Source: Antedon mediterranea (lineage: Eukaryota; Animalia; Echinodermata). Taken from it: a stretch of 64,000 bases of DNA. The stretch is taken from assembly GCF_964355755.1 (NCBI RefSeq), contig NC_092677.1:15770101-15834100 (forward strand), given 5' to 3'. The position numbers and the translations under genes were made by a program. How positions within the stretch are numbered: the stretch's first letter is position 1; each line of letters opens with the position of its first letter. Below, in pieces: positions 13,549 to 28,300 of the stretch. The notes beneath the pieces are model-generated. The model saw nothing but the letters and a program-made list of their open reading frames with translations. It had not been told where the DNA came from and ran no database searches.

Positions 13549-13748
13549 AAAGCAAGGCCAACAGCCATAAGTCGCGTGCTCTCAGAAAAAAGGAACTTTC
13601 AAAAAGTAATGTACTTTAAAACTTTTCTGTACATCAAAACAGTTCAAAAAGTACAGAAAAGCGATAAAACGCATAGTGATACCGGACCGACAGACAGACC
13701 GACCGACCGACATAGTGAACTATAGAGTCGCGTCCACGCGACTAAAAA
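13549..13748 (+). mobile_element. Short complete Helentron-associated (HINE/DINE-1-like) element
   Basis: 5' subterminal AGTCGCGTG (13570-13578), internal (GACA/GACC)n, 3' hairpin AGTCGCGTCCACGCGACT (13726-13743), then A-run. Confidence 0.65.
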
Positions 13749-15339
13749 CACAATATAACTACAGATTTGTCTATGTATGGAACTCATAGCCAACCTTCAA
13801 TGATCTGGTTAAAAGCATACTGTATAATGAAAGTAACGTAATTCTTAAGCGGTTGAATAATTGTGTACTAAACATCGATAGCCAGTAATCGCTCCAATCT
13901 GCGTCCAGAATGCTCAACACACAAACAAATATTATTTCATTATAAGCAGAAGTGTAAACACTTAATTGTATTGTACTTGTTACATACATTTCTAATGGGG
14001 CGTTTCTTACAAAATAAAAATAAAACACCGACAGTAGCTTATTGTGATATTAAATTGTAGAACAAAAGATAATCTTACTAGTCAGATTTTACTAAATAAT
14101 CTACTTTTAGGATATATTTAATAAAATTATTTACTTTGACCAGAAATTGGATCTTTTGTGATTTTTTGGAGAAGTTACTGAATAACTATTACAAACTACA
14201 AAACGGCTTAGACAAAGTTTGTTAATCTTTATATTGGGGGGGGGGGGGATCGCCCGGTTGTAGCCAAATGTGCTGCGCATCACACAAATTTAGTTCAAAT
14301 GCTAATATGCATTGCATTGTAATATATACAACTCTTAATAAGACAGAAATTTCATAAGTCAACAGTAATGTAGCTTATTCTAATATTGAATCGTAATAGA
14401 AAATTATTCATACTCTTGATCTGAGGAAGAGTTGGTGTTACACAAAATATATATAAATTGTTACTAGTTGTTTTACTATACCATTTTGATTTAGTCTGTT
14501 GCTTTTTTCTCCATTGAGATACAGCCACTGATAACACAGCATGTTCATTTATTTCAGTAATTTGACTATACAAAATCCGGTGAATATTGTAAGTCCTATT
14601 TACAATTTAGCTTTAACTTCTCCTCATTTATTATTTATAAGTACCAGACCAATATATTATAAGTAAACAAACGTATTGTATTGTGTTCAGCTGTTAGTTG
14701 TTTACTTAGTTTAAATTAATTTTGCAACGATCATTGTTCATTAAATCGATTATTGTATACGTGGTGTAACTTTCTTTTGCAAACAATGTCCATAGCAACA
14801 GCGTATCCGAAAATACATAAGATAGCCTATTTCCAGTATAGAAACTGGTATTGAAAAAAATGTTTTAAAACAACTGATAAGCAACCTAATAAGTGTAATG
14901 TTTAAAAAATGTATCACATTTGTACATTGCACTTGAATATAAAATCTAAACAGTGCAACAATTATTTACGAAAATATCAATTGATTGGTTTTAGATAAAG
15001 TTAAAAAAGCTCCAAATAAAGACACGAGTGTTTCGATCTAATTCCATTGAAATGATGATCATGGTGGTATGCTATAATTATTATCATAGTTGATGTATCT
15101 AATTCATTTATTGAGTAATATAACTTGATTAGACTTATGATAGAGAAGCCATAGATTACTATTTCATTGGAATAAGTTATGCTATATAATTATCTTTGAA
15201 TAAAGTATTATTGTTAATAAAATCAGGCAAGAATCACATTTTACGGTTAAAACGAAATGGTACTGCGCATGTGCGGTATATCCTATCGCGATATCTATGT
15301 ATTACTTGAACTGTAAATAAATTACTTTAATTTCTTTAG

Positions 15340-15845
15340 GTTCGTAATGTAATATTTATAGCGGTCTATTAAGTAATGTGCCAATGCTACAACAGTGATA
15401 CTTTGTACACAGAGAATGAAATACATTAAACATACAGACAAGTGCTGTTCATTGTAATGCATGTTGTTTTTTACAATACCATTAAAGAATGGAATAATTT
15501 ACCAATTAACATTAAGGAATCGCAAACTGTTTGCTGTTTTAAAAGTAAAGTTAAAAAGTATCTACAGGAACGGACACTTGCATTAGAAACTATTTAAAAA
15601 GCGCTACCTCTATATTTGATAGTCTTATTGTTAGTATTTTTATTAATAATTATATGTTTCATTGTATGTCTTTTTTTGCTGTTCTTTCAAAGGACCTCAT
15701 TGGAAACAAGTCCGTAGAGGACTTTTATGAGTTATCCTTGGCATCCTTCTTGTTTTATTCATGGTTTTTTATATATGTTATTTTTTAATTGTACTATGTT
15801 TGTGATTTTTTATGTACTGATGCCGAAATAAATTAAATCAAATTC
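15340..15845 (+). mobile_element. 3' remnant of an L2/CR1-group LINE
   Basis: Encodes ..YNTIKEWNNLPINIKE..FKSKVKKYL, a typical ORF2 C-terminus. 3'UTR motif CATTGGAAACAAGTCC recurs at ~43808. Ends AATAAATTAAATCAA. Confidence 0.6.
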
Positions 15846-16311
15846 ATCGGTTTTTTTAACATTATGTCTCACATTGTTCAGGAAATAGATCATTAACTAG
15901 AGGCAATATAACATAAACCCAGTTATATGAAGTGTTTGACCTTTGACCTAAGACAGAAAAGAAGAAATATTCTTTAGAAAAACAGAACCCAGTCAGAAGA
16001 GTAGGTAACTGACTAGGTAAAGAAAGAAAGATTTGTTTGAAAAACATAAGCAAGTTATCAGAGGCTGACTGCTGGGTAACAAGTGTCCATAACAACGGTC
16101 TATCATTAAGATATGACAATGCAACAAAATTGATATTTTGTGCAATATATTGTTAGCGCTCACTGTTTGACACTAAACAAATATTAAAGTTGCACAATAT
16201 TTTCCAGATGTTAAGATTCACAAGAAATTTCCAATATATAAACGAGATCGTTTCCAACAACATTCTCATTTGACAAGATGTATGTAAACTTTTAAACACG
16301 GGTTTTGAAAC

Positions 16312-19300
16312 ATGGACTTTATACAGGTAAGATGTAGTTGCAAGTACTGAAGAGAGAAGACTGTGAATGAAATAAATAAATTCTTAAGTTATTAAAATAG
16401 AACTTCAAATTTATTTATTTGTTAGTGAAAGTGTAAAACTTATTTAATCAGTTTGTAGAGACTTTATTTCAATCTCAGTTTGGAGTGACTTTTTTCACTC
16501 TCAGTCAGTAGTGACATTTTTTACTTGGTCATTTCAGAAGAACCATATTTACTATTGCATGTTAGTTTCTCATCTTTATTATCTACACACATATGCCACC
16601 AAAACATAGACTAAAACACATTTTAAATGTAAGTTTAAAAACCACTGAAAACTAAAGTCTATTAAATAGAATATCTCAAAAAATGATAGTTTAGAAGACA
16701 ACCGCATGTTTCCTTAATATGGTGTCCATGTGGGGTTAGGTGTTAACTTAATTTTAAAACAGCTGCGACTCTGTATTACCTGTTACTGATTCGCATACAA
16801 TATTATTTCACATTTGTCAAAACGTGATTGTTATCATTATTTCTTTTAATATAGATCTTAAGTGTTATACTAATACTTTGGAGCATTACGGGTAAGAAAT
16901 GTCTGTATCTGTATATAACTAATACATGTTATATAATACAAAATGCGTTTCTACAATTACAGAAACTACACGGAAAGAATAAACCACAGAACTCTTAACG
17001 TTATTTAGAGTACAAACTAATATTGAAAAAATTAAAACGTGAAACAAATTTTAAAAACCTGATACTGTCGCATACAGACACACATGTTATTTTAATAGTG
17101 ATAAGTGTCATGTAGTTTTAGTAACCATGTTTATTCGTAAACAGGTACATTTGGTAACCAGCAACCTTTGCTCGATTTCATCTCTTACACAAACAGAGCC
17201 AGTGCTACAGACACTGGTGAAAATGATGCTGGGTATATCTTGGTTGGTTTTTCGATCATTCCCGATATTACAGAGGACTTGTTTATTGGCTTAGCACTGT
17301 CCCCGTTACTAGACGGAACGCATTACGACGTTGAACCAGAAGTTCGATCTGCATCATCAACCAGCAGTATTAACGGTGATATTTCCACACTTTTTGATAG
17401 CGGTACCACAGTGTACTATACAGATAAAGATACATACAGTTCATTTCGTATTGACTTCACAAACGACCAGGAACTTCCAGATCGTGTTGGTGTTTTTTAT
17501 CTCGGAGCCCAAAAGGACGGATTTCGAACAGCTGTAATAAATATGCCAATGCAAAGTCAAAATGGTAAACCAATAAATACCATTCTTTTTCTTTAGTCTT
17601 TTTCTCTTCCTTTTAGAGATCACAGTACCAAATAATGTTTCTAAATTTTCTCTAAATCATTTTCCGTCGCTACAAATGTATGCATTCCTTCGCACATAGT
17701 ATTCCTTCTCTGTCATACATCTCCATTATAACTAATGCAATCAACTGTTCAAAACGCATCATCTTGTATATGAACATTTTTTTATTTGGTCAAGATTATT
17801 GTCAACAATAGTATATATTTAACTTTATATAATATTATTTAACTTTACACAATAATATATTTAAGCTAATGTACGACCTACTAGAAGTGTAATGACGGCC
17901 AGTGTCGGTGATGCGACCTTGACAATATCCGTCGAAACTGATGAATCGAGTTTAAGATGGAGAAAAGATGGAGGAACAGAAATAACGGATTGGAACGACA
18001 TTGCTACAGTAACGATTACTAATGTCCGATTAGCCGACGCAGGACTATACGAGTGCTACGTAACTGGAAGTAGATCTGAAGGACTGCATGCGTTTATCGT
18101 TATCCATGTGAGAGGTAAGAGTACAGTGAAACCACTAGTTTAATTTACGTTGATAACCAAACCGAAACTTCTACGTCTGAATTCTCTTTTTTCACCAGTA
18201 TACATTGACTGCTTTGAAAAGCACACGCTATATGGTTCCTTATATGACACCACTGCATATATGACTGTTCCTTACTTGTATGTCTTGCTGCGCATTCGTC
18301 CTTGTATAATAGCTCGCTGCTCTTTCTTTACATATAGCGCTGCTCTTAGTTTGCATATCTTGCTGCTCTTTCCTTGCATATCTTGCTTCTCTTTGTTTGC
18401 ATATCGTGCTGCTCCTTCTTTACATATCTTGCTGATCCTTCCTTGCATATCGTGCTGCTCCTTCCCTGCATATCGTGCTGCTCCTTCTTCTCATATATTG
18501 CTGCTCCTTCCTTGCATATCGTGCTGATCCTTCTTAGCATATATAGCTGCTCCTTCTTTGCATATCTTGCTTCTCTTTGTTTGCATATCGTGTTGCTCCT
18601 GCCTTGCATATCGTGCTGCTCCTTCTTTGCATATATTGCTGATCCTTCCTTGCATATCTTGCTGCTCCTTCCTTGCATATCGTGCTGCTCCTTCCTTGCA
18701 TATCTTGCTGATCCTTCCTTGCATATCTTGCTTCTCTTTGTTTGCATATCGTGCTGATCCTTCCTTGCATATCTTGCTGCTCCTTCCTTGCATATCGTGC
18801 TGCTCCTTCTTTGCATATTTTGCTGCTCCTTCTTTGCATATCTTGCTTCTCTTTGTTTGCATATCGTGCTGCTCCTTCCTTGCATATTGTGCTGCTCCTT
18901 CTTTGCATATATTGCTGATCCTTCCTTGCATATCATGTTGCTCCTTCCTTGCATATCGTGCTGCTCCTTCTTTGCATATATTGCTGCTCCTTCCTTGCAT
19001 ATCTTGCTGCTCTTTCCTTGCATATCGTGCTGCTCCTTTTCCTTGCATATCGTGCTGCTCCTTCCTTGCATATCTTGCTGATCCTTCCTTGCATATCTTG
19101 CTTCTCTTTGTTTGCATATCGTGCCGATGCTTCTTTGCATATCTTGCTGATCCTTCTTTGCATATCGTGCTGCTCCTTCCTTGCATATCGTGCTGCTCCT
19201 TCTTCTTATATATTGCTGATCCTTCCTTGCATATCGTGCTGCTCCTTCCATGCATATCGTGCTGCTCCTTCTTCTCATATATTGCTGCTCCTTCCTTGCA

Positions 19301-22300
19301 TATCGTGCTGATCCTTCTTAGCATATATAGCTGCTCCTTCTTTGCATATCTTGCTTCTCTTTGTTTGCATATCGTGCTGCTCCTTCCTTGCACATCGTGC
19401 TGCTCCTTCTTTGCATATATTGCTGATCCTTCCTTGCATATCTTGCTGCTCCATCCTTGCCTATCGTGCTGCTCCTTCCTTGCATATCTTGCTGATCCTT
19501 CCTTGCATATCTTGCTTCTCTTTGTTTGCATATCGTGCTGCTCCTTCTTTGCATATATTGTTGATCCTTCCTTGCATATCTTGCTGCTTTTTCCTTGCAT
19601 ATCGTGCTGCTCCTTCCTTGCATATCGTGCTGCTCCTTCCTTGCATATCTTGCTGATCCTTCCTTGCATATCTTGCTTCTCTTTGTTTGCATATCGTGCT
19701 GATCCTTCCTTGCATATCTTGCTGCTCCTTCCTTGCATATCGTGCTGCTTCTTCTTTGCATATTTTGCTGCTCCTTCTTTGCATATCTTGCTTCTCTTTG
19801 TTTGCATATCGTGCTGCTCCTTCCTTGCATATTGTGCTGCTCCTTCTTTGCATATATTGCTGATCCTTCCTTGCATATCGTGTTGCTCCTTCCTTGTGTA
19901 CCTTGATGCGCCTTCCTTGAATAGCTTGCTTCTCTTTATTTGCATATCGTGCTGCTCTTTCCATGAAATATCTCGCTGCTCTTTTTTCATATCTTGCAGT
20001 TCCTTATTCCTTGTGTGTCTCGCTGCTAATTCCTCGCATATCTTGTTTCTCTTTGTTTGCATATTTTGTTGCTCCTTTCTTGGATATCGTTCACATACTT
20101 CCTTATTGCTTCTCCTTGCATATCTCGTTGCTCTTTTCTTGCATACTTGCTTCTCATTGATCGGATATCTTATTGCTCTATCTTGTGTATCTCACTGCTC
20201 TTTCTTTGCATATCTTGCTTTTCCTTGTCTGAATTTCGCTGCTCCTTGTTTGCATAATATTATCTTACCACCCACATATATCCTTACAAATGTTCGTGTT
20301 ATGAGCTACAATTCCCAAACTGATACTGAACAATCGAAAATAGAATGGCCATTTATCCTTTGCAGATTGTCCTGCTTCTAAATGGTCTCCACCATTTTGC
20401 CAATCATCATGTCCGGTATGCTATAACGGCGGTATTTGTGACGTGTACCTAGGATCATGCCTATGCCTTACTGGATTCACAGGAGACAATTGCGAGACGT
20501 GTAAGTTTAATCTTATATTACTATACAATTCAAGCAAATTCAAGTTTAACAAAAAAACATTACGAAACTTATTAATTATTTACCATGACATGTTTAGATC
20601 TGTTGAAGTAATATAATTATCAATTGATTTTAAATAGCAAGCCAAGGTCAGAAAGTGGCTTAAAACAGAAAAGGAAATCACAAATATATTTGTTTCGTAC
20701 GGGGGTGATATATTTTGGAAATATATTTTCATGTATATATTATTAACAAATACAGTAACAACAATTTTATGTTAAGCTTATGGAGGTAACCACTTTGGTT
20801 TCAACGGCTATGTTTTGTGCACAGCAAATGTGGAGGAGAAGTGCAGTGGGAAGCTATTCTGTGGACAAGATCCCATTGGTTGTGGATGCGCAAGTGGATG
20901 GAAAGATGTAGACTGCAGCACCGGTATGTGATATGATATATAAAACCTTTTCCAAACATGTTTACACGAGTTAGAAGACTGAACGCCACAAAAGAGAAAA
21001 AACACATGCAAAAAGTAGACGCATCTAATCACACATTGTTTACAAATGTAATAGTTGAAGAAATCACCAATTTCGTCTGAAAAAATAACAACCAATTGGC
21101 AAGGATACAGTTAGGTAGGTTATAAAACACAATCTAACCAACTAATGTTAACATTTGTAGAATGTGAAAGTGGAAAGTACGGTCCTGGCTGTATGTTTGA
21201 TTGCCATTGCGCAGACAGTGATTGCGATCATTCGTCTGGTTGCAATGTCACTTCTGTATGTGATGAAGGATTCGAAGGGGAGAGATGTCTAAGTAAGTAC
21301 AGTATTATCGAGTACTACATTGTTTAACTTTATTTCATGTTTAATACATGGCCCCACTGTTGAAATATGCAATTGTAAAATTCGCTAAGCAATTACAATA
21401 ACTTGTGAGTAGCGGTAGTAAAGTGGATATAACAGCAAGACCCAGATTCGATAAATTTCTGATAACAACTCTCAATTCAAAAAGTTGTGGGTACACCTGG
21501 TTGGAAAAATAAGGCGGCGTGGACAGGAACTGACCACCCTACCATATAATACGGAGGCTTAGTAAAATTAGCTCCAAACTGCACTACGTTCAAAGTCAAC
21601 GGTTACTTCTTGTAATGTAAGCTAAAAAACCACTATCTAACTATCAAAAGGTAACATAAACATCGTTTGATTTACAACAGCTCCTACGGGACTGCAATGT
21701 AACGATGGATTCCATGGTGTATTTTGTGATTTATCATGTCACTGTGCCAATTCAGAAGCTTGTAATAAAACCGATGGAAGCTGTCCAGGAAATTGCGAAG
21801 ACGGCTGGGCTGGTAGTGACTGTCTTCTAGGTAAGTTAAACACTGAAGAATGACTTCACCTCTTGCAAGAACACATACAAGTCTATGCCAAAATGGTATA
21901 TAACATCTTGTAATTACCAGCTGTTAGGTCTACTACGTGTATTCGCTTGAAATTTCACCGGCGAATAATATAAAACACTTTTGTTTATATTAATCAATGC
22001 ATGCATCTGAAGACTAGACTTGCATCAAGTATCTAGTCATTAATTTTGTTTATGATGTTAGTATTCCAGTCGGTGTTTCTGTGGCTAACTCTGCTACTCC
22101 TGTCACTAACTGGGATCTTGAATCCAAGACTAATTTGTACGGCTTTTCCATTACAGCACTTCCAGCACTGTACAATGCCCCCTCTATTGAGTTAAGGGCT
22201 TCCAGTGTGTTGATAGTATGGACGGCTTGGAATCAAACTCAAGATATCGGTAGTGCGGAAGTCAACAGTTACGTCCTCAAATACTGGAAACTGTCTGCGA

Positions 22301-25300
22301 AGGATGATGCGATCACCATTAACAATATCACAGAACTTCAGATAGAATTCAATATTTCATCAATTGAATACAACACAACTTACAAAGCAACAGTTTCCGT
22401 AAATACTGACGTTCTGGGTGTGATAACACAAGGCATTCCTAGTCCTGTATTGCAATTTGGACCAATTGGTAAGAATTATTATTTAGAAAATAATTGTCAA
22501 TATTATATGATATATAATTGAAATTGTATATATTTATATATCTTGTATCATAAATATGTTTTTAATGAGATGCAAATAAATAAATCAACATTTTTAAAAA
22601 TGATGATGATATGTAGGCCTACTAAATGTTTGAAAATATTCTAAAATGTCTTCCTTAGCATCAATGAACATAGTTTACCGGTGTGCACTTTAAAGAACCT
22701 AGTTCACGGTAAAGTAGAGAGATTCACAAAACATACAATGTTAGCCTTAAGAAATTGTCATTATATATCTGTAAGCTTGTAGGTGTTACTAAATATCAGT
22801 GTCGTGTTTCAATAGCTTTCCTCTGATTATCATTGTGTATTACTTTTAATTTTCAGAACCTCCTTCGTTTTTGTTTCATCCTTGTACTTACACTCGCAGT
22901 TCAAATCATTCAACTATCTTAACGTGTGATACTTGGAATCACGAAGTACACATTGGTATGGGTGTGGTGAGAGGTTACACAGTTGAGTACTGGATCACAG
23001 TTGTTCCACAAGACGTTTACAGCATCGTGGTAACCGAGCCTATCGCCTCACAACATTACACGATCTTACTACCTGAAGTCGCTAATTACTACTCATACCA
23101 AGTCACCGTGTTGGTGAACTATGAATACAATGGAACTGATATGGTTGGACCACGGAGCCCTGTGATGAATATCTCAAAAGGTTATCAATTTACTTTAAAC
23201 TGTTTAATAATATCGTTAACAAATCATGCATGCTATCCTCTCCACCCCCGTTCTCAATTGCATGCTGTAAAATGACAGTTAACTTACGTAAAAATATGTA
23301 TGTGTATGCGATTCTTATACTTTGTACCATGGGTTGGGAGGAGGGGGGCGGGGTGGGAGGAGCAGGGCGCGACAAATGCAGGAAAACCCCTACACAACTT
23401 TAAACATTTACTGTGTATAGAAATGATGAAATAATTAGGTAACTGATGTGGTAAATGTATACCTACTATGTTTACCGCGTGTTTGTAATTGTTTATTCTT
23501 TTTAGAAAATATACCGGACATTACAGGATTTAGTTCGTCATTTATTGTTAGCAATGGCGGGGAGATCGACATGCGTTCATACACAGGCACAGAGGACGGT
23601 GTAAACTTAAATGTCAATTTTGGAGTCGGCTTATGGGTAGATGATAACGGAACACACTTTGGGGAGAATGAATTTAAAAGCCAAGATGGTGATGTTGCAA
23701 ATTCTATTTTTACTACCACCACGTCGTTTACGCCATGTGTCGAAAGTATGATTTCAGTGAGATGCCAGTTGAAGTTTCCTAATAGTGTTGGTGTGCGCCG
23801 AATCGGAGTAAAGTACATGTCTACAGAATTTAATGGAATCGTTGTGTCGACATCGATGGTGTTTCTAGCACGAGGTGGTAAGTGTTAGCGTAATCCATTT
23901 TCGTCCATTTTCTTTATTATCTCTTGCCGTTGTTGTTTTTTGGTTACATTTGTCTTTTAGACGTTAATAAATGTTTTTTTTTAAATGTATTTTGAATCAA
24001 TGAATCGTTCTATTCTATCGTACTATAGCGGACAGGAAAATTGTAACATGCATGGCTTAATTTCTAAATCATAGCTCCAATTGTAGCAGAGCACCGCACA
24101 ATATCAACCAGTATTGGTGAATCCGTTGAATTAGTGTTAACACTTGATGGCATTGACGATACTACTTTACGATGGAAAAAAAATGGTGATACGGCGGATA
24201 TATCTGAATGGGACGGTCTGAGTCACGTGACACTTGGAAATGTTCGAAGGAAGGATGACGGTATTTACGAATGCTACCAGGAGGGCCATCGGGACGAAGG
24301 GCAGCATGCAATAGTACGAGTGATTGTAAGAGGTAGGTCTTGCAAAATGGTCTTCTATGGCGAGGAAATTTGGTATTTAGCTTAGTTGGCGATATTGTAG
24401 TCGCGCTGATCTTTAATATATTTCAGAGTGCCCTCGTGGGAAGTGGTTACCTCCGGACTGTGAATTAGACTGTCCTGTATGTTACAATGGTGGCGTGTGT
24501 ACTGAATTCGGATCATGTATCTGTCCTCCTGGCTTTAAAGGCGACCATTGTGAAGAAGGTACTACAGTAATTGAATTTTATCAAATGTTATGCTGATGTT
24601 TAAGTGGATGATAGTAGCATAGCAAAATTGCCTTGATCGTATATTCTACGCGAATAGCTCAAATGTGTTGTCAAAAAGCTTTCATTTGTGAAGATCGCTA
24701 AGCACCGAAAATAAAACAGGTTTTTAGGTCTATATGAAGTCACAAAAAAACGAGGACTTATTTGTAGACTTTACTTTGTGATAGTCATTACGAACTTCGT
24801 CCCTCTGTAAATTCGATTTAGATTGTGTATATTAAAATTGTGACGTTATAATGTCCTATGTCGTCACAAAATCAAAATCTAATTATCATTAGCCTAGAAT
24901 TTTAATAACGAACTGGCAATAAAGATGTATTGTTCAGAATGTAATACATTTCATACTATATCTATAGCATGTGGAATCAATAATTGGGGACGAGACTGTA
25001 CAATTCTTTGTAACTCTCGCACCCCTGGATGCCCAGGTAAATTATACAGCCTGCCTGATCCATATGGATGCTCGTGTTTCTCAGGATATGAGGGAATTGA
25101 ATGTGAAAATGGTAATATTATACATTTTGTTTTTGTAACATTTATTTTGATAAAAACTGAAGTGGCCCCCAAAATTAACGAAGATAAAATCTATGGTAGT
25201 TTGACCAGAAATAAACACAATGCTGAAATCAAAGGGTATCGAAAGGAAAAGTAGGCCTAACCACTTTCCTCCAAAACAGTAAATTCAAAATGTAACCCAC

Positions 25301-28300
25301 ATAACGTATGCAAATTAAAGGTGATAATAAAGACAAATAGAGCTAATGGACACTATTATTTATACAAATCGGTATCAACTAATATAATCGTTGCATTTTC
25401 CTATTATAGTACTGTATATACATTTTATTCTATGAAACAACGTTCTCTAATCGAGGCAATATTATAAAATAAAAACCTGAAAGATGACGTTAATTTAAAG
25501 GGAAAAAACACTCCAAAAATACTCCAGTTAGTTATCATATGTTTACCGACCAACCGACCGATATAGTGAGCTGTAGAGTCTAAGAACTATGCAAGAAATA
25601 ATAGACGGTGAAACGAACAAATCTGACGAACTACTGGGTTTAAAGAATTGTTGATAATTCGAAATCATGCGACCGGTATTCTTTTGTTATCATTTCTGGT
25701 TGTAGACGTCAGGGATGACCTTGTTCTTCAGAGTTCCCGGTTATATGCAGTTTTATTATTGTGTTGGTGAGCCAAGTTTTGTTGATTGTAGAGAAATACC
25801 TGTATGTCAAACGTTCACAACGATGACTTCTTCTTCCATTTACTTTTCCGGTATTCTATAGTAATATGAAATATCTTTGTTTCGTTATAGCATGCGATAC
25901 GGCAACAACTGGTATGTATGGACCAAACTGCTTGATAGAATGTCATTGTGACAGTAGTGATTGCGACCGTACAGAGGGCTGTGGGGAAGGTGTCACGTGT
26001 CACAGCGGTTATACTGGAACAACGTGTTTAGGTACTGTATAGTACATTGTGTAGAAATACGTCTAAAGCTCTGTCTACTATCAAACTCTATATGACAAAA
26101 AACAAATATAATGTGCCCATATATGGACACGATGACGTCATCACTATGATATGAGGGTTGTTATTTTCTATTCTAAGGTTGATTACTATAAAAATTTGTT
26201 TCTTTTTAGAGAGAGACCCGAATGCTGATTGTCCGGAAGGTTTATATGGCCAACAATGCACTAAAATATGCCATTGTGGAAACTCGTCAGTTTGTGATCG
26301 TGAGACGGGAAGTTGCCCAAACGGTGACCATTGCGCAGAAGCATGGGCTGGTTTTGGTTGTCAGCAAGGTAACCCATTTTAACGTTATTCCTAAACTTTG
26401 TATTTCGTCCTCACAATAATAAAGTAAATCGCTTAGATATTTCTGAAGATATAAAATGATTATGATGTGATTATATATTTAATGTCACATAATATATTCA
26501 CTTTGACCAAAAATAGATAGAAAGAACATTATTTACCAGAAAGAACATTATTTACCGGAAAAAAACTGAATTCTAAAGCAAAAAATAGTCAAATTGGCTG
26601 CCAGCCAATGGATTTTTGGTTAAATTTAATGTTTATTTTGTTTTTTATAAGTGAAAACGTCATTTTTTTTTCTACGAAAGTGATTAACTTGATTAAAACT
26701 TTAAAATAACCTATTCAAAGTCTGTTTTAATTAATCTTAATTGTTAATGTTTTTGGGGGACAACACATCTTTAAAACAATCATTATTATAGACAGTAATA
26801 ACTTAATTTATCAGTAATTAGTATTGTAAATCATTTTTTAGCAGAGTAGACATGTGTAGTTCACACTCGTTGTATTCAAAATTACAAATTGCTATTCACG
26901 GACTTCACTCTTGTTTCAGCTCTTCCAGCCCTAAGCGAAGCACCAGTTGTCACCACTATTGGGAATCTTGTCAATGCATACTGGTCAACCTGGACGCTAA
27001 ATAATGATTATGGTCGCGGAAGTGTTGACAGTTATCAACTAGTTTTTTGGCCAACGAATATTACCAGTGATGTAACCGTTTTGAATATAACAAATGGTGT
27101 CGAAACAAACATATCTTGGAGCCAAATGAACTACTCCACACAGTATAGCTTTGCAGTGAAAGTTGTCACAGAAATAGATGAACAATTAGTAATTGGAGAG
27201 TCCAGTCCTACGACAAATCACGAAATATGTAAGTACCGTAATTCCTTTAAAATAAATCACATAAAATAGGTATACGTAGGTGTCACAAAACAATTCAATA
27301 AAACAAAGTCAATTAAATAAATATCAAAAGCATCTTATACACCTTTAATTCCAAAATATTCTTTACTTAGATCCACCGTCTCTACTCCGGCCACCATCGT
27401 TACTGTCACGTGGCTCCTTGGGCGTCAACATTACTTGGGATGAATGGACGTACGCCTTTGACAAGGGAATTGGCAATGTAACAGCCTACATCGTTGAATG
27501 GTGGGATGCAGTGTCTGCAACTGACGTCAGTACCATCAGGTATACCGGTGATCCATCAGAAGGAATACTCATTCCAAATATTACGTATGATACAAATGTG
27601 GTTGTTAGAATAGCAACAGTTTACATTAATGGTGAAAGTGAAAAAAACGGAATACCAAGCCCGGTTCTAGTCGTGCTAAAAGGTTGGTTAAACATCAACA
27701 TATTACATTGTCCGAATTGTGTTCCTGCGTAGGTCAACAGCTTTCGAATTTCAGATAAATGCTTTAATTGGATCTTAAACATAAAATATATCTATTGCTT
27801 GACATATGTAGTCAATAACACTTGTCATCTATTTACAGATAATATTTGTCCGTATGATTGGAAACAATTTGAAGACACTTGCTATCTGTTAGATGATAGT
27901 TTACTCAACTGGAATGACGCTAGTTCATTCTGTCAGGAACAGTCTGCACATTTGGTATCTATAATATCCCAAAGCGAAAGTGACTTTGTCGTATTGGCAG
28001 TACAAGGGAAAGCATATGATCATTGGATTGGTCTTAGTTTCCAAAGCAGTTCTATGAATTGGTACTGGAGTACAGGAGAGATACTTGCGTATCAAAGTAT
28101 GTTAGATAACGATAACAACCAAATGTTATAATCGTTCTTTCTTACAAGGTTTATTACTATGTGTGAAGAACTGCTGTGAATAATATAACATAATTCTCCA
28201 AAATTACATACAAAATTCGCTCGAATTGTATATCGTAGACCTAGCCGATTGTTATTCCATTACAAATAACTAACTCACTATTCGCAATTAGTAGTTTAAC

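Noticed and set aside
18346-20381. Long ORFs (607, 523, 310 aa etc.) on both strands
   Set aside because: Translations of a stop-poor 23-bp minisatellite inside an intron; open in many frames at once.
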